Assembly: GCA_937900575.1 (NCBI GenBank)
Contig: CALCEI010000088.1
Coordinates: 1 to 42,656, forward strand
DNA length: 42,656 nucleotides
Source: an uncultured Clostridia bacterium
Lineage (GTDB): Bacteria > Bacillota > Clostridia > Christensenellales > UBA1242
Direction of reading: 5' to 3'
The notes below the pieces were generated by a model that was not told the DNA's origin, ran no database searches, and saw only the letters and a list, made by a program, of their open reading frames with translations. Positions 27,785 to 36,112 of the stretch are shown piece by piece (positions within the stretch are counted from its first letter, which is position 1; each line of letters opens with the position of its first letter). Both the position numbers and the translations under genes were made by a program.

Positions 27785-28739
27785 GTTTGGTGGCAGTTCC
27801 ATAACAACAAAAGAAAGATTAAAAACAATTTTGCATTTAAGCAAAAGTAAAGTTAGACAAGTGCTTGTTTTTTCTGCAATTGGTGTTACAGAAAATTCAA
27901 AAAAACTAACCGACCTTTTAATTGATTTGGCGCACAATAAAAATAATATTGAAAAATACACAAAAAATAAAATTTTAATTATTGAAAAATTGAAATTCTT
28001 AACTAAACTTTGTGGTGTAAATTTTGACGTAGAAAAAATAATTAATAAAATATTAAAAAAATATAAAATAAATAATGATAGAAATTATTTGTTGTCTCGT
28101 GGAGAATACGTTAGTTGCCTTATTTTAAGTGAATTTTTGCATATTCATCTTGTTCCTGCAGAAAAAATTATTTTTTACGAAAATAAAAACAAAATAAATT
28201 ATTTAAAAACCAAAAACAAACTTAAAACTGTGTTAAAAAAATATGGGCAAATTATTGTGCCGGGGTTTTATGGAATTGACAACAAAAACAACCTTGTTTT
28301 GATGCAACGTGGTGGTGGTGATTTAACGGGTGCAATTGTTGCAAAATGTCTTGGTGCTTCGGTTTACGAAAATTGGACAGATACAGATGGCATAAAAGAA
28401 ATTAACCCAAAAATTATGCCTTCATCAACAATCAAAAATTTAAGTTATGCCGACTTGTGTTTGCTAACAAAATGTGATGCAAATGTAATCCAACATCAAT
28501 GCGCCGAAACACTAAAAAACACCGATGCAATTTTGCTTGTTAAAAACATAAACAACCCAAAAGGAAATTTTACAAAAGTTAGCAAAAACTATAAGGGCAA
28601 AAACAAGTTTGTAACAATAAAAAAACTTGGCAAAATTTCTTATGTTATTGCCAAGAATTTTAACAATGATTATATCATCAAAAAAGTTACAAGAAATTTA
28701 GACCTAACTGCCAAAAAAATATATGCAAATTTAAACTGA
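27771..28739 (+). CDS. Aspartate kinase catalytic domain protein lacking the usual paired ACT regulatory domains
   Basis: KFGGSS, VFSA, SRGEYVS, VPGF, QRGGGDLTGA and WTDTDG motifs. At 322 aa it is shorter than the usual ~400 aa or more. Visibly more A/T- and Lys/Asn-rich than its neighbours. Confidence 0.8.
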   Translation: MKVCKFGGSSITTKERLKTILHLSKSKVRQVLVFSAIGVTENSKKLTDLLIDLAHNKNNIEKYTKNKILIIEKLKFLTKLCGVNFDVEKIINKILKKYKINNDRNYLLSRGEYVSCLILSEFLHIHLVPAEKIIFYENKNKINYLKTKNKLKTVLKKYGQIIVPGFYGIDNKNNLVLMQRGGGDLTGAIVAKCLGASVYENWTDTDGIKEINPKIMPSSTIKNLSYADLCLLTKCDANVIQHQCAETLKNTDAILLVKNINNPKGNFTKVSKNYKGKNKFVTIKKLGKISYVIAKNFNNDYIIKKVTRNLDLTAKKIYANLN

Positions 28740-29627
28740 TTATTTCTCTTCCAAAATGCTTAAAACATCTTTTGGTAATTTATCTTTATCTGTTGTATAT
28801 TCAAGTTTACGTTTGTATGTTTTTTCGTAAATATTTTTCCAAACACGATAGTTTTCTTGCTTCATTTTTTCGGTTGCTTCGGCAAGTGTTAAACTTTCAT
28901 CTTTATAAATTGGTTTATTAACATGAATTGTATATTCCTGAATTGCAAAACCATCTGGGCCAATATCTTTGCTATCTTTCATTGTAATAAAAATTGGAAG
29001 CACGGGCACATTGTTGCTTGCTGCAAATTTAAACGCACTCTTTTTAAGTGGCTTTGGCTTTTTATAATTCCACCACATGCTTTGTTCTGGGTAAATTAAA
29101 ATAAAGTGGCCTTTTTGAAGCAATTTATCCACTGCATACAAAAATTTGCGCATTGTAACTCTATTTGAACTGAGTGGCAAAGTGTACGCGTTTTGCATTA
29201 AGAAACCAAAAAGTTTTGGCTCTGGTGGTGGGTTTGTATAGTTCCCTTCCTTAATAACCTTAAACATCTTGCGTTTTTTGTGTTTTGAAGCATCATAACA
29301 CATTTGCATTGCAAAACTATCCATTGGGTTAAAGTGGTTGCACGTGATTATTGCACCTGTTTTAAGGTTTGCCCAATTTTCAATGCCTTTAATCTCTTTA
29401 ACACGCAATGCACCCATTTCAATAATCTTATCTAAGAACTTTCTTGCAATGGCGTATGCGATTTTTGTTTTTATTTTGCTGCTTAATTTGTGCCTGAAAT
29501 AATCCACTTTGTTTGGTTTAAGTTCAAGTTCTGGTGGGTCATTTTCCACATCAACATCAAACATTCCTGTTTTTTCTTGTTCTTCAATCTTTTTTAAAAC
29601 ATCTAACCTATCTTGTGCTTTTTCCAT
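28740..29627 (-). CDS. Lysophospholipid (PlsC-family) acyltransferase
   Basis: 295 aa with canonical HX4D block CNHFNPMDSF and a downstream ..IYPEQS.. block. SD AAGGAG. Confidence 0.8.
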   Translation of the reverse strand: MEKAQDRLDVLKKIEEQEKTGMFDVDVENDPPELELKPNKVDYFRHKLSSKIKTKIAYAIARKFLDKIIEMGALRVKEIKGIENWANLKTGAIITCNHFNPMDSFAMQMCYDASKHKKRKMFKVIKEGNYTNPPPEPKLFGFLMQNAYTLPLSSNRVTMRKFLYAVDKLLQKGHFILIYPEQSMWWNYKKPKPLKKSAFKFAASNNVPVLPIFITMKDSKDIGPDGFAIQEYTIHVNKPIYKDESLTLAEATEKMKQENYRVWKNIYEKTYKRKLEYTTDKDKLPKDVLSILEEK

Positions 29628-30429
29628 CTTCTATCTCCTTTTCATCTTTAACTTTTGCTTTTTTAATGTATTTAATAACTTCAACATTATTAAATTTGGA
29701 ACGCCATTTCATTGTTTTGTAAACTTCGTTCCTTAATGCCATTTCCTGTTCTTTTCTTTCCAAACTTGGATTTGTGTAGAAAGGTCCATCAATGTAAGTA
29801 ACAATTTTTACACCACCACGTTTTGTTTTTTGATAAGTGTTTGTAAAACAATAAGTTGGGAAATTCATTTGAACAGGATACCTAAATGATTTTTCTGTAA
29901 ATGGCCTTATATCCGTATAATATGGCCAAACATGTGCTTCTGGGTAGATTACAACTGCATTGCCTTGGTTTACCCTTGTTTCCACCGCCTTAATAAAGTT
30001 TTTTGTTGTGTGCAAATCATTTGGTAATGGCAATGCGCCCATTCTGTGAGTGAATCTACCAATAACAGGAAGTGAAATGTTGTTTGGGTGAACAATCACA
30101 TAACTACGTTTTTTGCCACTCAACATGGCAGGAATGAATGCATCGGCAGTTGGGTGTGTGTGATTTCCATATAAGAAATAACCGTTTTTGCCTGCCAATT
30201 TAAGTTTTTCTTTGCCAATAATTTTGTGCTTAAATTTGCATTTAAGGTAACAATAAGCAAGTGGCGTTGCCACAATTCTATACCAGAAAAAAGAACTGAT
30301 GTTCCAAAACACATTGCGTGGCACATAATCATAGTTTACATCAATAACCTTTGTTTTGATGTTCTGTGTTGTGTCAAAGTCATCATTCAATTCATCTTCA
30401 TAATAAATTATTTTTTGCTCTTTTTTCAT
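29608..30429 (-). CDS. PlsC-family acyltransferase paralogue with non-canonical catalytic block
   Basis: 273 aa with GNHTHPTADAF (H-X5-D / H-X3-D instead of HX4D) and ..IYPEAH... Overlaps the downstream paralogue by 20 nt. Confidence 0.75.
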   Translation of the reverse strand: MKKEQKIIYYEDELNDDFDTTQNIKTKVIDVNYDYVPRNVFWNISSFFWYRIVATPLAYCYLKCKFKHKIIGKEKLKLAGKNGYFLYGNHTHPTADAFIPAMLSGKKRSYVIVHPNNISLPVIGRFTHRMGALPLPNDLHTTKNFIKAVETRVNQGNAVVIYPEAHVWPYYTDIRPFTEKSFRYPVQMNFPTYCFTNTYQKTKRGGVKIVTYIDGPFYTNPSLERKEQEMALRNEVYKTMKWRSKFNNVEVIKYIKKAKVKDEKEIEDGKSTR

Positions 30430-30682
30430 GTTGCTATAAGTTTACAAAATTCCACCGGAATTTACAAGCATATATTGAAGATTTTAATATAATCTTTTAA
30501 ACCCTTAAATTATATCAACTCTATTTTTAGTGGATATAATGCGGAGATTTGTCTGAATTTAAGGAAAAATTTTGCTGTTGTTGCCTAACTTCCCCTGTTT
30601 GAATGCCTAATTATAAGCATTATAAATATAATTTGGTCAAATTCTATTTTAAGTAGAGAAAAATTTTATGATGAAATTTTGT

Positions 30683-30711
30683 TTGCAATAAAAATTTAAA
30701 TATGGTATATT
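30683..30711 (+). promoter_or_regulatory. Promoter of the XRE-family regulator gene
   Basis: TTGCAA (30683-30688)-17-TGgTATATT (hexamer 30706-30711). Confidence 0.55.
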
Positions 30712-30728
30712 TAATGCAAGGAGAAATT

Positions 30729-31364
30729 ATGTCAGACGTAAATAAGATTATTGGCAACAACCTAACCAAATTAAGAAAACAAGCAAAACTTACGCAAATG
30801 GAACTTGCAGAAAAGTTCAATTATTCTGATAAAACCATTTCCAAATGGGAAACGGGCGAATCTTTGCCAAGCATTGATGTGCTTTACACTGTTGCAGAAT
30901 TTTATGGTGTAACTTTAAACGATTTAACAAGTGAAGAAGATATCACAGAAGCAAAACAAGAAAAAACAAAAACACCAAGGGCTTATAGCTCTCATCTTAT
31001 TATTTCTTTGATGAGTGTAAGTGCTGTATGGTTCCTTGCTGCATTAACTTATGTTTTATTGCTTTTAATTGGCAATATCGATTATCGTTTGTGCTTTTTG
31101 TGGGCAATACCTGCTTCTTTAATTGTGTTGCTTGTGTTTAATTGCATTTGGGGACGTGCTAAATACTTGTTCCCTATTCTTACCATGCTGTTGTGGACTT
31201 TGTTTATTTGTGCATTCTTCCAATTCTCCGAATTTAACATAAACGTTTGGCCAATGTGGATTGCAGCAGTGCCACTTCAAGTTGGAATTTTGCTTTGGGC
31301 AGCACTTCTTAAAAAGCCAAAAGTTAAAGTTGAAGAAAAAGAAAACAAAAATGATGTTGAGTAA
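30729..31364 (+). CDS. XRE-family helix-turn-helix regulator fused to a C-terminal 4-TM membrane domain
   Basis: MSDVNKIIGNNLTKLRKQAKLTQMELAEKFNYSDKTISKWETGESLPSIDVLYTVAEFYGVTLNDL followed by hydrophobic helices. Start ATG 30729 has SD AAGGAG. The track's 30702 start overlaps the -10 box. Confidence 0.88.
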   Translation: MSDVNKIIGNNLTKLRKQAKLTQMELAEKFNYSDKTISKWETGESLPSIDVLYTVAEFYGVTLNDLTSEEDITEAKQEKTKTPRAYSSHLIISLMSVSAVWFLAALTYVLLLLIGNIDYRLCFLWAIPASLIVLLVFNCIWGRAKYLFPILTMLLWTLFICAFFQFSEFNINVWPMWIAAVPLQVGILLWAALLKKPKVKVEEKENKNDVE

Positions 31365-31373
31365 TTCAACATC
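31353..31373 (+). terminator. Intrinsic terminator overlapping the regulator stop codon
   Basis: gatgttga-gtaat-tcaacatc followed by ttttttt. Confidence 0.7.
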
Positions 31374-31445
31374 TTTTTTTATATTTCAATATAAAAAGTT
31401 TTGGAAATTTTGTAAATTTGTGTATAATATTGGTAAGAGGTCATT

Positions 31446-32180
31446 ATGAAAGTTGTTTTTGTTGTAGATTCAATTTCAGATATTGATAAAAAAATTAAAA
31501 CCATTCAAGCACATTTTGGCAAAGACATTTTGTTTGTTGTAAAAAGTCCACTTGTGCCTTTGTTTAAAACTTTTAACAATCAAGTGAATGGTGTTTACTA
31601 CAATAATCTTTCTTTGGTAATTCACAACTTGTTACTCCGTTCTAACGCAGATAATGTGGTTGTTTACTACTCCAGCCTTAGTTTAAGCGAAAACTTAATA
31701 AGCAGATTTAAGCAAGCAATTGACGATGGTGAAAAGATTGTAAATGTTCAACCAAAATACAACTTCTTTGAACAAATGCACAATGGTGCATATAACATAT
31801 ACGTAAAATCCTTGTTTAATGCAAAAGATTCCATGGCAAGTCCAAAATTGCAATATCTTCCAATGAACTTTGTTGCAGAATTGCTTACAAACCACTTTGC
31901 AAACAGATTGTTTGAAATTAACCCAAGGCTTGTAAAAACCATTTATGTGGAAGAAAAACATGAACGCAAGAGTTTAAAAGTTGAACACAAGTTTAACAAA
32001 GCAAACTTACTTGCTTGGATTATTGCTTTAACCATTACAATTGGCTTGATTATCTGCATGGCTTTCACAAGTATGCACTTCGTGTTAATTTTGCTGTTTG
32101 TTGCATTGTATATCGTAGATATAATTGTATGCTTGATGTTAAACTACAAGCAGAAATTTGACAGAAGGTTCTTAAAATAA
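31446..32180 (+). CDS. Hypothetical membrane protein; N-terminal region faintly GT-A (family-2 glycosyltransferase)-like without a clear DxD, plus two C-terminal TM helices
   Basis: 244 aa, SD AAGAGG. The topology resembles GtrB/DPM1-type enzymes, but catalytic motifs are not evident. Confidence 0.75.
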   Translation: MKVVFVVDSISDIDKKIKTIQAHFGKDILFVVKSPLVPLFKTFNNQVNGVYYNNLSLVIHNLLLRSNADNVVVYYSSLSLSENLISRFKQAIDDGEKIVNVQPKYNFFEQMHNGAYNIYVKSLFNAKDSMASPKLQYLPMNFVAELLTNHFANRLFEINPRLVKTIYVEEKHERKSLKVEHKFNKANLLAWIIALTITIGLIICMAFTSMHFVLILLFVALYIVDIIVCLMLNYKQKFDRRFLK

Positions 32181-32193
32181 CAAAATAAAAAAA

Positions 32194-32210
32194 CAGGTCC
32201 ACACGACCTG
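32194..32210 (+). terminator. Intrinsic terminator after the 244-aa gene
   Basis: caggtc-cacac-gacctg followed by cttttttt. Confidence 0.7.
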
Positions 32211-32225
32211 CTTTTTTTATTAAAA

Positions 32226-32246
32226 AAGTGGGCATATAACCCACTT
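32226..32246 (-). terminator. Intrinsic terminator after rpmA
   Basis: Reverse strand aagtggg-ttatatg-cccactt followed by tttttaat. Confidence 0.65.
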
Positions 32247-32249
32247 TAA

Positions 32250-32531
32250 CTAAATTTTTGCTTCTACAACGGCAATTTTTCTGCCTCTTGCGTCTTTTTT
32301 GAAGTGAACAACACCATCAATTTTTGCAAACAATGTGTAATCTTTACCACAACCAACATTTGTTGAAGGATAAATTCTTGTTCCTCTTTGACGCACAATT
32401 ATTGAACCAGCATGGATAAATTTACCATCGCCGGTTTTAACACCAAGACGTTTAGATTCACTATCACGACCATTTTTGGTGCTACCGCCACCTTTTTTAT
32501 GGGCAAATAATTGAATATTAATCTTAATCAT
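32250..32531 (-). CDS. rpmA: 50S ribosomal protein L27 with Firmicute-type N-terminal propeptide
   Basis: MIKINIQLF|[23 protein letters not shown]. The propeptide ends at the conserved Phe-Ala Prp cleavage site. Confidence 0.96.
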   Translation of the reverse strand: MIKINIQLFAHKKGGGSTKNGRDSESKRLGVKTGDGKFIHAGSIIVRQRGTRIYPSTNVGCGKDYTLFAKIDGVVHFKKDARGRKIAVVEAKI

Positions 32532-32862
32532 TTTGCTTCTCCTTTAATTTAATAAATTCTGGGTAGCCAACTGAAACGTCTTTTAAACTGTTATATGTTG
32601 ATTTCATCAAAATTTGGCACAACTCCATTTGTTCTTGCTTTAAACCTTTTGGCAAAGCTACATACAAACGTGGTGCTTTTTCATCAATAACATATTCTGG
32701 TTTAATTCTTACAACTTGGATAAGACCATTAATTAAACTTTGAGTTAATGTGGAAATGGCAGCACATACAATGTCCTTACCGCTTTCTGCATAACCAGAA
32801 TGGCCTGTTGCTTCAATGGCTATAATGTTTGATTTTTGTTTTTCTACTGAAATAGTTATCAT
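32524..32862 (-). CDS. prp: Ribosomal-processing cysteine protease Prp
   Basis: 112 aa with ...[20 protein letters not shown].... Sits at the conserved position between rplU and rpmA. Confidence 0.9.
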   Translation of the reverse strand: MITISVEKQKSNIIAIEATGHSGYAESGKDIVCAAISTLTQSLINGLIQVVRIKPEYVIDEKAPRLYVALPKGLKQEQMELCQILMKSTYNSLKDVSVGYPEFIKLKEKQND

Positions 32863-32863
32863 A

Positions 32864-33169
32864 TTAACCTATACTTTCAATTGTAATCTTGGTGTATGGT
32901 TGTCTGTGGCCTTGTTTCTTACGTTCGTTCTTTTTAGGTTTATACTTGAAAACTGTGATTTTGCTATCACGAACATGTGCAACAACTTTTGCCTTAACAA
33001 CAACATCTTTAATTACAGGGTTGCCAGCTTTAACTTTTGCACCGTCAACCAACAACATAACTGGATAAGAAACTTCTTCACCAACTTCTGCGTTCAAACG
33101 GTCAACCAAAATTTCACTGCCAACTTCAACTTTGTATTGTTTACCTGAAATATTTGCTATTGCGTACAT
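32864..33169 (-). CDS. rplU: 50S ribosomal protein L21
   Basis: MYAIANISGKQYKVEVGSEILVDRL..., 101 aa, SD AGGAGG. Confidence 0.96.
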   Translation of the reverse strand: MYAIANISGKQYKVEVGSEILVDRLNAEVGEEVSYPVMLLVDGAKVKAGNPVIKDVVVKAKVVAHVRDSKITVFKYKPKKNERKKQGHRQPYTKITIESIG

Positions 33170-33242
33170 TTAGTTACCTCCTATAAAGACTCACTCTTAA
33201 GGTATCCAAAGGAATTTAAAACCTCTTCAATGTGGTACTACA
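33170..33242 (-). promoter_or_regulatory. About 70-nt 5' leader of the rplU-prp-rpmA operon (possible L21-type ribosomal-protein leader)
   Basis: Distance from the predicted TSS to the ATG. Contains the small hairpin atgt-agtacc-acat. The structure was not verified. Confidence 0.3.
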
Positions 33243-33248
33243 TGGGTT

Positions 33249-33277
33249 AGTATAACAAAGTTATATTTTTTTGTCAA
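33249..33277 (-). promoter_or_regulatory. Strong promoter of the rplU operon
   Basis: Reverse strand reads TTGACA-17-TATACT. Confidence 0.65.
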
Positions 33278-33312
33278 TTGCTTTTTGTAAATTTGCCAAA
33301 ATAGGCCCCGTA

Positions 33313-33341
33313 TTGACAAATAAGCACTTGTGTGATATAAT
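33313..33341 (+). promoter_or_regulatory. Perfect-consensus extended promoter of the orphan two-gene operon
   Basis: TTGACA (33313-33318)-17 (ending TGTGa)-TATAAT (33336-33341). Confidence 0.7.
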
Positions 33342-33361
33342 AAAATCAATTAGGAGATGTT

Positions 33362-33784
33362 ATGAAAACAAAAACAGAAGAACAATTTGAAAAAATGTTA
33401 GATAAGTATTCTTATTGTAGAACAAAAAATTATGGACTTGTTAGGTTGCTTATTGAAAGACATAGGTTGGCTAAATTTATGATGAAAATTCCTAATACAG
33501 AAGCAGGAAAAAATGACATGAAACAAGCTTTAAAACGCAAGGTAAGTTTTAATGCCCATTCTGTGCGCAGGGACATTGAAGAATACAAGGCATTGGGTGA
33601 TATCTTTTATGAAATTAAAAAAGCAGAAAATATAAATGTGGGTTTGGAAAATTCTAAATATAAACCATATGTTAACAGAGCAATAGAAGACACACATGAC
33701 CAGAAAAGTTACAGAAAAAACATTATTGTAAAAAATGCAATTAAACTTTACAACGATGAACATTCTAAAGAACAATCATTATAA
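33362..33784 (+). CDS. Hypothetical 140-aa basic, predicted helical protein
   Basis: SD AGGAG lies 6 nt before the ATG. No TM segment or signal peptide, and no motif I can assign. Confidence 0.8.
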   Translation: MKTKTEEQFEKMLDKYSYCRTKNYGLVRLLIERHRLAKFMMKIPNTEAGKNDMKQALKRKVSFNAHSVRRDIEEYKALGDIFYEIKKAENINVGLENSKYKPYVNRAIEDTHDQKSYRKNIIVKNAIKLYNDEHSKEQSL

Positions 33785-33809
33785 AAAATAAATTGAGCAA
33801 GGAGAAATT

Positions 33810-34823
33810 ATGGCAAATTCAACAGCTAAAATATCAAAACAAGATTTCGATAGATTATTGTTGGCATTGGCAGAAGTTAAGCCTTGTTCTTTTTATGTCC
33901 ATGGTGTTGGAAACAGCAATGAAGATGCAATTAAAAATGTTATATTTAATGGCGAAGATTTCCTTGTAAATAACGGACAAAACAACATCTTTTCAACCTT
34001 TGTTGATGCTGGAGAAATTGATGCTAACCTTCAAAACAGAATAACCGAATATGAATACGCTGGCAGAAGATATAATATTATTATGATTACTCCAAGCAAT
34101 GCCACGGTTAAAAATTATGCGGGAAACCTTGGTGAAAAAGATACAACAGCAGAAGAAAGTGGCTATACAAACCATGTGCTTGTTGATTATATTGTTGGTG
34201 GTGCAAATAGACACTTCAATCCAGAAGAAAATAAAGATGCAAATATGTACATCTCTTCAGTTTCAAACAAGTTAATTTTGGGCTTATATGACCTAGAAAC
34301 CGGTGAATATATTATAAACAAAAATTGCATGGTGTTTGATGACAAAGAAACATATGATAATGCTGTGGAACAAATGTCCACTTATGCCGCCGAATATTAT
34401 AAATATGCAGCATTTATCCAACTATCTTTTAACCTTAACCTTCGCACTTACAATATTTTATCAACGCTCCAAGATGAAAAAGGGCCATCAATCAAGAATA
34501 AAACACGCGACATCTTGCTTTACTTGGCAGGTGAATTTTACAAAAAAACAGAGGAATATTCATCTTATTTAAAGCCAAATGATAGATGTGTCTTCCACAG
34601 CGGGTCATTTTTCCCTTCACTATATCATGCCTTAATTAAAATGATAAATTCAAATGAAATGCTGCCAGATGTGTTGGTTGAAATTTTAAAAGAAACAAAT
34701 GGCGACACAAACAAATTAAAAGACAATTCAAATTACAAAATTTTGTTAACTTATGCCGAAGACTTTTTGAAAGAAGAAACAAACATTTTGTTGAAATCTA
34801 CAAATACAGGAATTTCAATTTAA
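33810..34823 (+). CDS. Hypothetical 337-aa cytoplasmic protein
   Basis: SD AAGGAG lies 6 nt before the ATG, 25 nt after the upstream stop. No TM segment or signal peptide, and no family recognised. Confidence 0.85.
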   Translation: MANSTAKISKQDFDRLLLALAEVKPCSFYVHGVGNSNEDAIKNVIFNGEDFLVNNGQNNIFSTFVDAGEIDANLQNRITEYEYAGRRYNIIMITPSNATVKNYAGNLGEKDTTAEESGYTNHVLVDYIVGGANRHFNPEENKDANMYISSVSNKLILGLYDLETGEYIINKNCMVFDDKETYDNAVEQMSTYAAEYYKYAAFIQLSFNLNLRTYNILSTLQDEKGPSIKNKTRDILLYLAGEFYKKTEEYSSYLKPNDRCVFHSGSFFPSLYHALIKMINSNEMLPDVLVEILKETNGDTNKLKDNSNYKILLTYAEDFLKEETNILLKSTNTGISI

Positions 34824-34826
34824 AAA

Positions 34827-34845
34827 ACACCTAAAATTTAGGTGT
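34827..34845. terminator. Bidirectional intrinsic terminator (orphan operon / idi-HAD operon)
   Basis: acacctaaa-a-tttaggtgt palindrome with A6 and T6 flanks. Confidence 0.75.
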
Positions 34846-34855
34846 TTTTTGTTTT

Positions 34856-35509
34856 TTATATCTCTGGCTTTACAGATTCGGCATTTAATTTGCCATCAAT
34901 TTTTTCATAAATTTCTTTATCTTTAATGTCAAATGTCATTGATGGAATTCCACACTTTTCGGCAACTTCAACAAATTTAGATTTATCATCAAGGAAGAGT
35001 TTAATTTCACCTTCTTTGGCTTGTGTTTCTTCCTTTACTATTTCAAACATTTCTGCGTGGTCTTTCCTATACCCTGTTACAGTTGAATAAATGATTCCGT
35101 TACAATGGCCTTCCATTGTTTTTTCAATAACTTCAACATTTTCTGGCATGTTGTTTGTTACAATATAAACTTCATAACCTTCTGCAATTTTTTCATCAAG
35201 GTAAGCAAGTGTTTCATCAAAAACTATTAAAGTTGATGGCAAAATATCTAAAAATCTTTTTGCAACACCAGTAAGTGTTGGATAACTTGCACCAATCATG
35301 GTAAGGTACCCTTCCTGTGTGTATTTTCCACTTTGATAATTATTAAACAAACGTTTAAATTCTTTAGATTGCTTAAAAACGCCTGTCAAATGGATAAACA
35401 TCCTAAGTGCCCTAATTTTATCTACGCCTTTATAATATTTTAGCATATGAATTCTATCAAATTCACCTACAACACCATCAAAATCAACTAAAATAATTTT
35501 TCTTTCCAT
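34856..35509 (-). CDS. HAD-superfamily hydrolase
   Basis: MERKIILVDFDGVVGEF (DxDG motif I). ATG 35509 has AAGGAG 6 nt upstream. The track's 35569 start has none. Confidence 0.82.
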   Translation of the reverse strand: MERKIILVDFDGVVGEFDRIHMLKYYKGVDKIRALRMFIHLTGVFKQSKEFKRLFNNYQSGKYTQEGYLTMIGASYPTLTGVAKRFLDILPSTLIVFDETLAYLDEKIAEGYEVYIVTNNMPENVEVIEKTMEGHCNGIIYSTVTGYRKDHAEMFEIVKEETQAKEGEIKLFLDDKSKFVEVAEKCGIPSMTFDIKDKEIYEKIDGKLNAESVKPEI

Positions 35510-35581
35510 GGTTTTCTCCTTACTTGTTGTTTGCATTTTAACATGGTATGTTCCCCTTGTCAATACCAAAATAAAATAAAT

Positions 35582-36106
35582 TTATTTATTTTTGATGTAA
35601 TTTATAACTTTTGGTGCACAAATTAAAAACCATGTTGCATACTTTTGTGGATGCTTAACCATATCCTTACTTAACACATCAACATCAACCCAACGCATAC
35701 ATGCAACTTCTTCTTTGTTTGGCTTAAATTTGCCTGAATATTCACCAACAAAAACATGGTCCAATTCATATTCAAACAAAGCATCATTAAACTTGGTTAA
35801 ATAAGTAAAAGTTAACAGTTCTTTTAACTTTACAATTTCAATGCCACATTCTTCTTTTAACCTTATTGTTGCTTCCTTTTTTGTATCTTTGTTGTGTGGG
35901 TGGCTACAACATGTGTTTGCCCATAATCCACCAGAATGATATTTGCCCTTTGCTCTTTGTTGCAAAAGCAGTTTTTTACCATCAAACAAAAACACAGAAA
36001 AAGCCCTGTGTAAAATTGGATTTTTGTGTGCTTCAAATTTCCCTATTGTGCCAAGAATTTCATCTTGCAAATTCACTTTAAAAAGCAAGTCCGTAGATTT
36101 TTTCAT
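35582..36106 (-). CDS. idi: Isopentenyl-diphosphate delta-isomerase, type 1 (Nudix fold)
   Basis: LHRAFSVFLFDGKKLLLQQRAKGKYHSGGLWANTCCSHP, plus downstream Glu-rich Nudix-like residues. 174 aa. Confidence 0.88.
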   Translation of the reverse strand: MKKSTDLLFKVNLQDEILGTIGKFEAHKNPILHRAFSVFLFDGKKLLLQQRAKGKYHSGGLWANTCCSHPHNKDTKKEATIRLKEECGIEIVKLKELLTFTYLTKFNDALFEYELDHVFVGEYSGKFKPNKEEVACMRWVDVDVLSKDMVKHPQKYATWFLICAPKVINYIKNK

Positions 36107-36112
36107 ACAAGC

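Noticed and set aside
33810-34100. ADP-ribosyltransferase-like motif string in the 337-aa orphan (H31-G-x-G, S62-T63, E80-x-E82)
   Set aside because: The residue order resembles the R/H-STS-ExE pattern. However, the spacings (31 and 18 aa) are much shorter than in ARTs I know, and short motifs like these arise by chance. It is worth testing by structure prediction only, so I make no call.
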